DNA of 64,000 bases from Malacoraja senta (lineage: Eukaryota). How positions within the stretch are numbered: position 1 is the first letter of the stretch; every line of letters starts with the position of its first letter. Below the pieces are notes generated by a model. It was not told the DNA's origin, searched no databases, and saw only the letters and a list, made by a program, of their open reading frames with translations. Made by a program: the position numbers and the translations under genes. Positions 62,472 to 64,000 of the stretch are shown one piece after another. Location: the NCBI GenBank assembly GCA_038087875.1, contig CM075988.1, positions 17,858,001-17,922,000 of the forward strand, given 5' to 3'.

Positions 62472-63078
62472 ATGCCGTGCCTTGTTAGTTGGACTTGACC
62501 TTGTACCGCAGCCATCTCTCTGACCACAGTGAACGAGAATATAGAGTGATACAGTGTGGACACAGGCCCTTCGGCCCACTTGCCCACACCGGCCAACATG
62601 TCCCAGTTACACTAGTCCCCACCTGCCCGCGTTCGGTCCATATCCCTCCGAACCTGTCCTATCCATGTATCTGCCTAACTGTTTCTTAAATGTTGGGATA
62701 GTCCCAGCCTCAACTACCTCCTCTGGCAGTTTGTTCCATACACCCTTTTGTGTGAATATGTTGGAAAAATGCAATTTAGTGCAAATTGAATTGGCTCAAA
62801 GATAAAAGTCTGCTCAGAGGAGCTGCCTGAGGAGGTAGTTGGGGCAGGGACTATCCCAACATTTAAGAAACATAGACGCGTACACGGATAGGACAGTTTC
62901 AGATGGAGATGGACCAAATGCTGGCTGGTGGGACTAGTGTAGCTGGGACACGTTAGCCGGTGTGGGCAAGTGGGCCAAACGCCCTGTTTCCACATTGTGT
63001 CACTCTATATTCTCGTTCACTGTGGTCAGAGAGATGGCTACAGTACAAGGCCAAGTCCAACAAACAAGGCACAGCATG
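62472..63078. repeat. Inverted repeat: arms ~62472-62735 and ~62818-63078 (CR1 3' end plus shared flank)
   Basis: Reverse-complement arms, clearly more diverged than the 25-kb repeat; they include ~70 nt of flank beyond the CR1 tail. Confidence 0.85.
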
Positions 63079-63119
63079 CCTTTTGTAGATGTTTCCTTGA
63101 TCTTCCTTGGTGTGGTGCA

Positions 63120-63450
63120 GTAGAGAGGGCAGCTAGATGGTGGTGTGCTCCTCCTGCAGATGTGGGAAGTCAGGGAGACTTCCAGTTTGGGAAGTGGGTC
63201 CAACTACAGCTCCTTACAGACCGCGTTCGGGAACTGGAACAGCAGCTGGATGACCTCAGGATCACCCAGGAGACAGGGGAGGTCACTGATAGGAGTGACA
63301 GTGAGGAGGTCACGCCTTGGGCAGGGGCCGGAGGTAGATGAGTGACCACCTGAAAAGGCAGTAAGCAGAGTGCTGTGGCCATTCCTCTTGACAACAGGTA
63401 TGCCCCGGTGGATACTGCTGGTGGGGATGACTGGTCAGGGGAGAGCAGCA
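63120..63450 (+). mobile_element. CR1-like ORF1 fragment (Cys motif plus coiled coil)
   Basis: CSSC.MWEVRETSS...GKWVQLQLLTDRVRELEQQLDDLRI resembles the CR1 ORF1 N-terminus, from recall. Confidence 0.6.
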
Positions 63451-63934
63451 GTATTAACAGTGAACAGTCCAAACATCTGCAACGCACTGGCTCCACAAAC
63501 ACTAGTGTGGACTCTGTACACTGAAATACTTCACTCCAGCGCCGGAGTAAAACACAGGAACTTCTTATTCACGCTAAATCTTAGAACTGTATAGCAGAGA
63601 AACAGGCCACTCAATCCAATTATTCCATGCTGACCAGTGGGCACCTTTCTGTTTTGACCCTATTTCTCAGCGCTTGGTCCATTGTCCCCGCCCCCTCCCC
63701 GTTCCCTCTTTGAAAGTGCACATTATTATAAATTTCAACGTACCTTTCGCACTTCACACCCTAATGTACAGAGAAACAGTACAGGTGAATATATACCTCT
63801 AATGTACAGATAAACGTACCCCTAATATACAGGGAAATGTGTCTCTAATGTATAGGGACGCAATACGGGTAAAGGTACTCCTAATGTGGAGGGAAACAGC
63901 GGTCAGTTCAGAAACACCTTTCAATAAAACACAC

Positions 63935-64000
63935 CTTGTTGGTTTGCAAGATTTTGGCATGGAACCAGGCAGGTAAAACGTGGAGCCACAGGTAAGCGTA
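63935..64000 (-). CDS. ALG9: ALG9 coding exon (approx. exon 3), truncated by the window edge; YAYLWLHVLPAWFHAKILQTNK
   Basis: Manual translation matches recalled vertebrate ALG9 (YAYLLLHAWPAAFHARILQTNK); GT donor at 63934-63933, phase 0. Confidence 0.93.

Overview
Eukaryotic, repeat-rich vertebrate DNA. The repeat content (HE1/V-SINE-like SINEs, CR1, Neptune-type Penelope, Tx1, Rex/Babar) points to a cartilaginous fish, probably a skate or ray; this is inference. The only host gene I can support is ALG9 (Dol-P-Man-dependent alpha-1,2-mannosyltransferase) on the minus strand. Twelve coding exons lie between 12083 and 64000, all with GT-AG boundaries and matching phases, corresponding to human exons ~3-14. 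The first exons lie beyond the right edge and I could not find the terminal exon; there is a 200-N scaffold gap at 5901-6100. The introns are a nested mosaic of mobile elements: a near-intact Passport-like Tc1 (DD34E, one frameshift), a Penelope RT/GIY-YIG element inside a Tx1-like LINE, Rex/Babar and CR1 LINEs, L1 and Tx1 3' fragments with TSDs, a solo LTR, hAT and Harbinger-like MITEs, and about a dozen tRNA-derived SINEs. The most interesting signal is about 25 dispersed copies of a 100-240 bp Penelope terminal module carrying a minimal hammerhead-ribozyme-like core (CTGAAGA-A-stem II-GAAACGTY). Several are independent insertions with 12-14 bp TSDs, often as inverted hairpin dimers. Two local inverted duplications that captured unique flanking DNA are also present.
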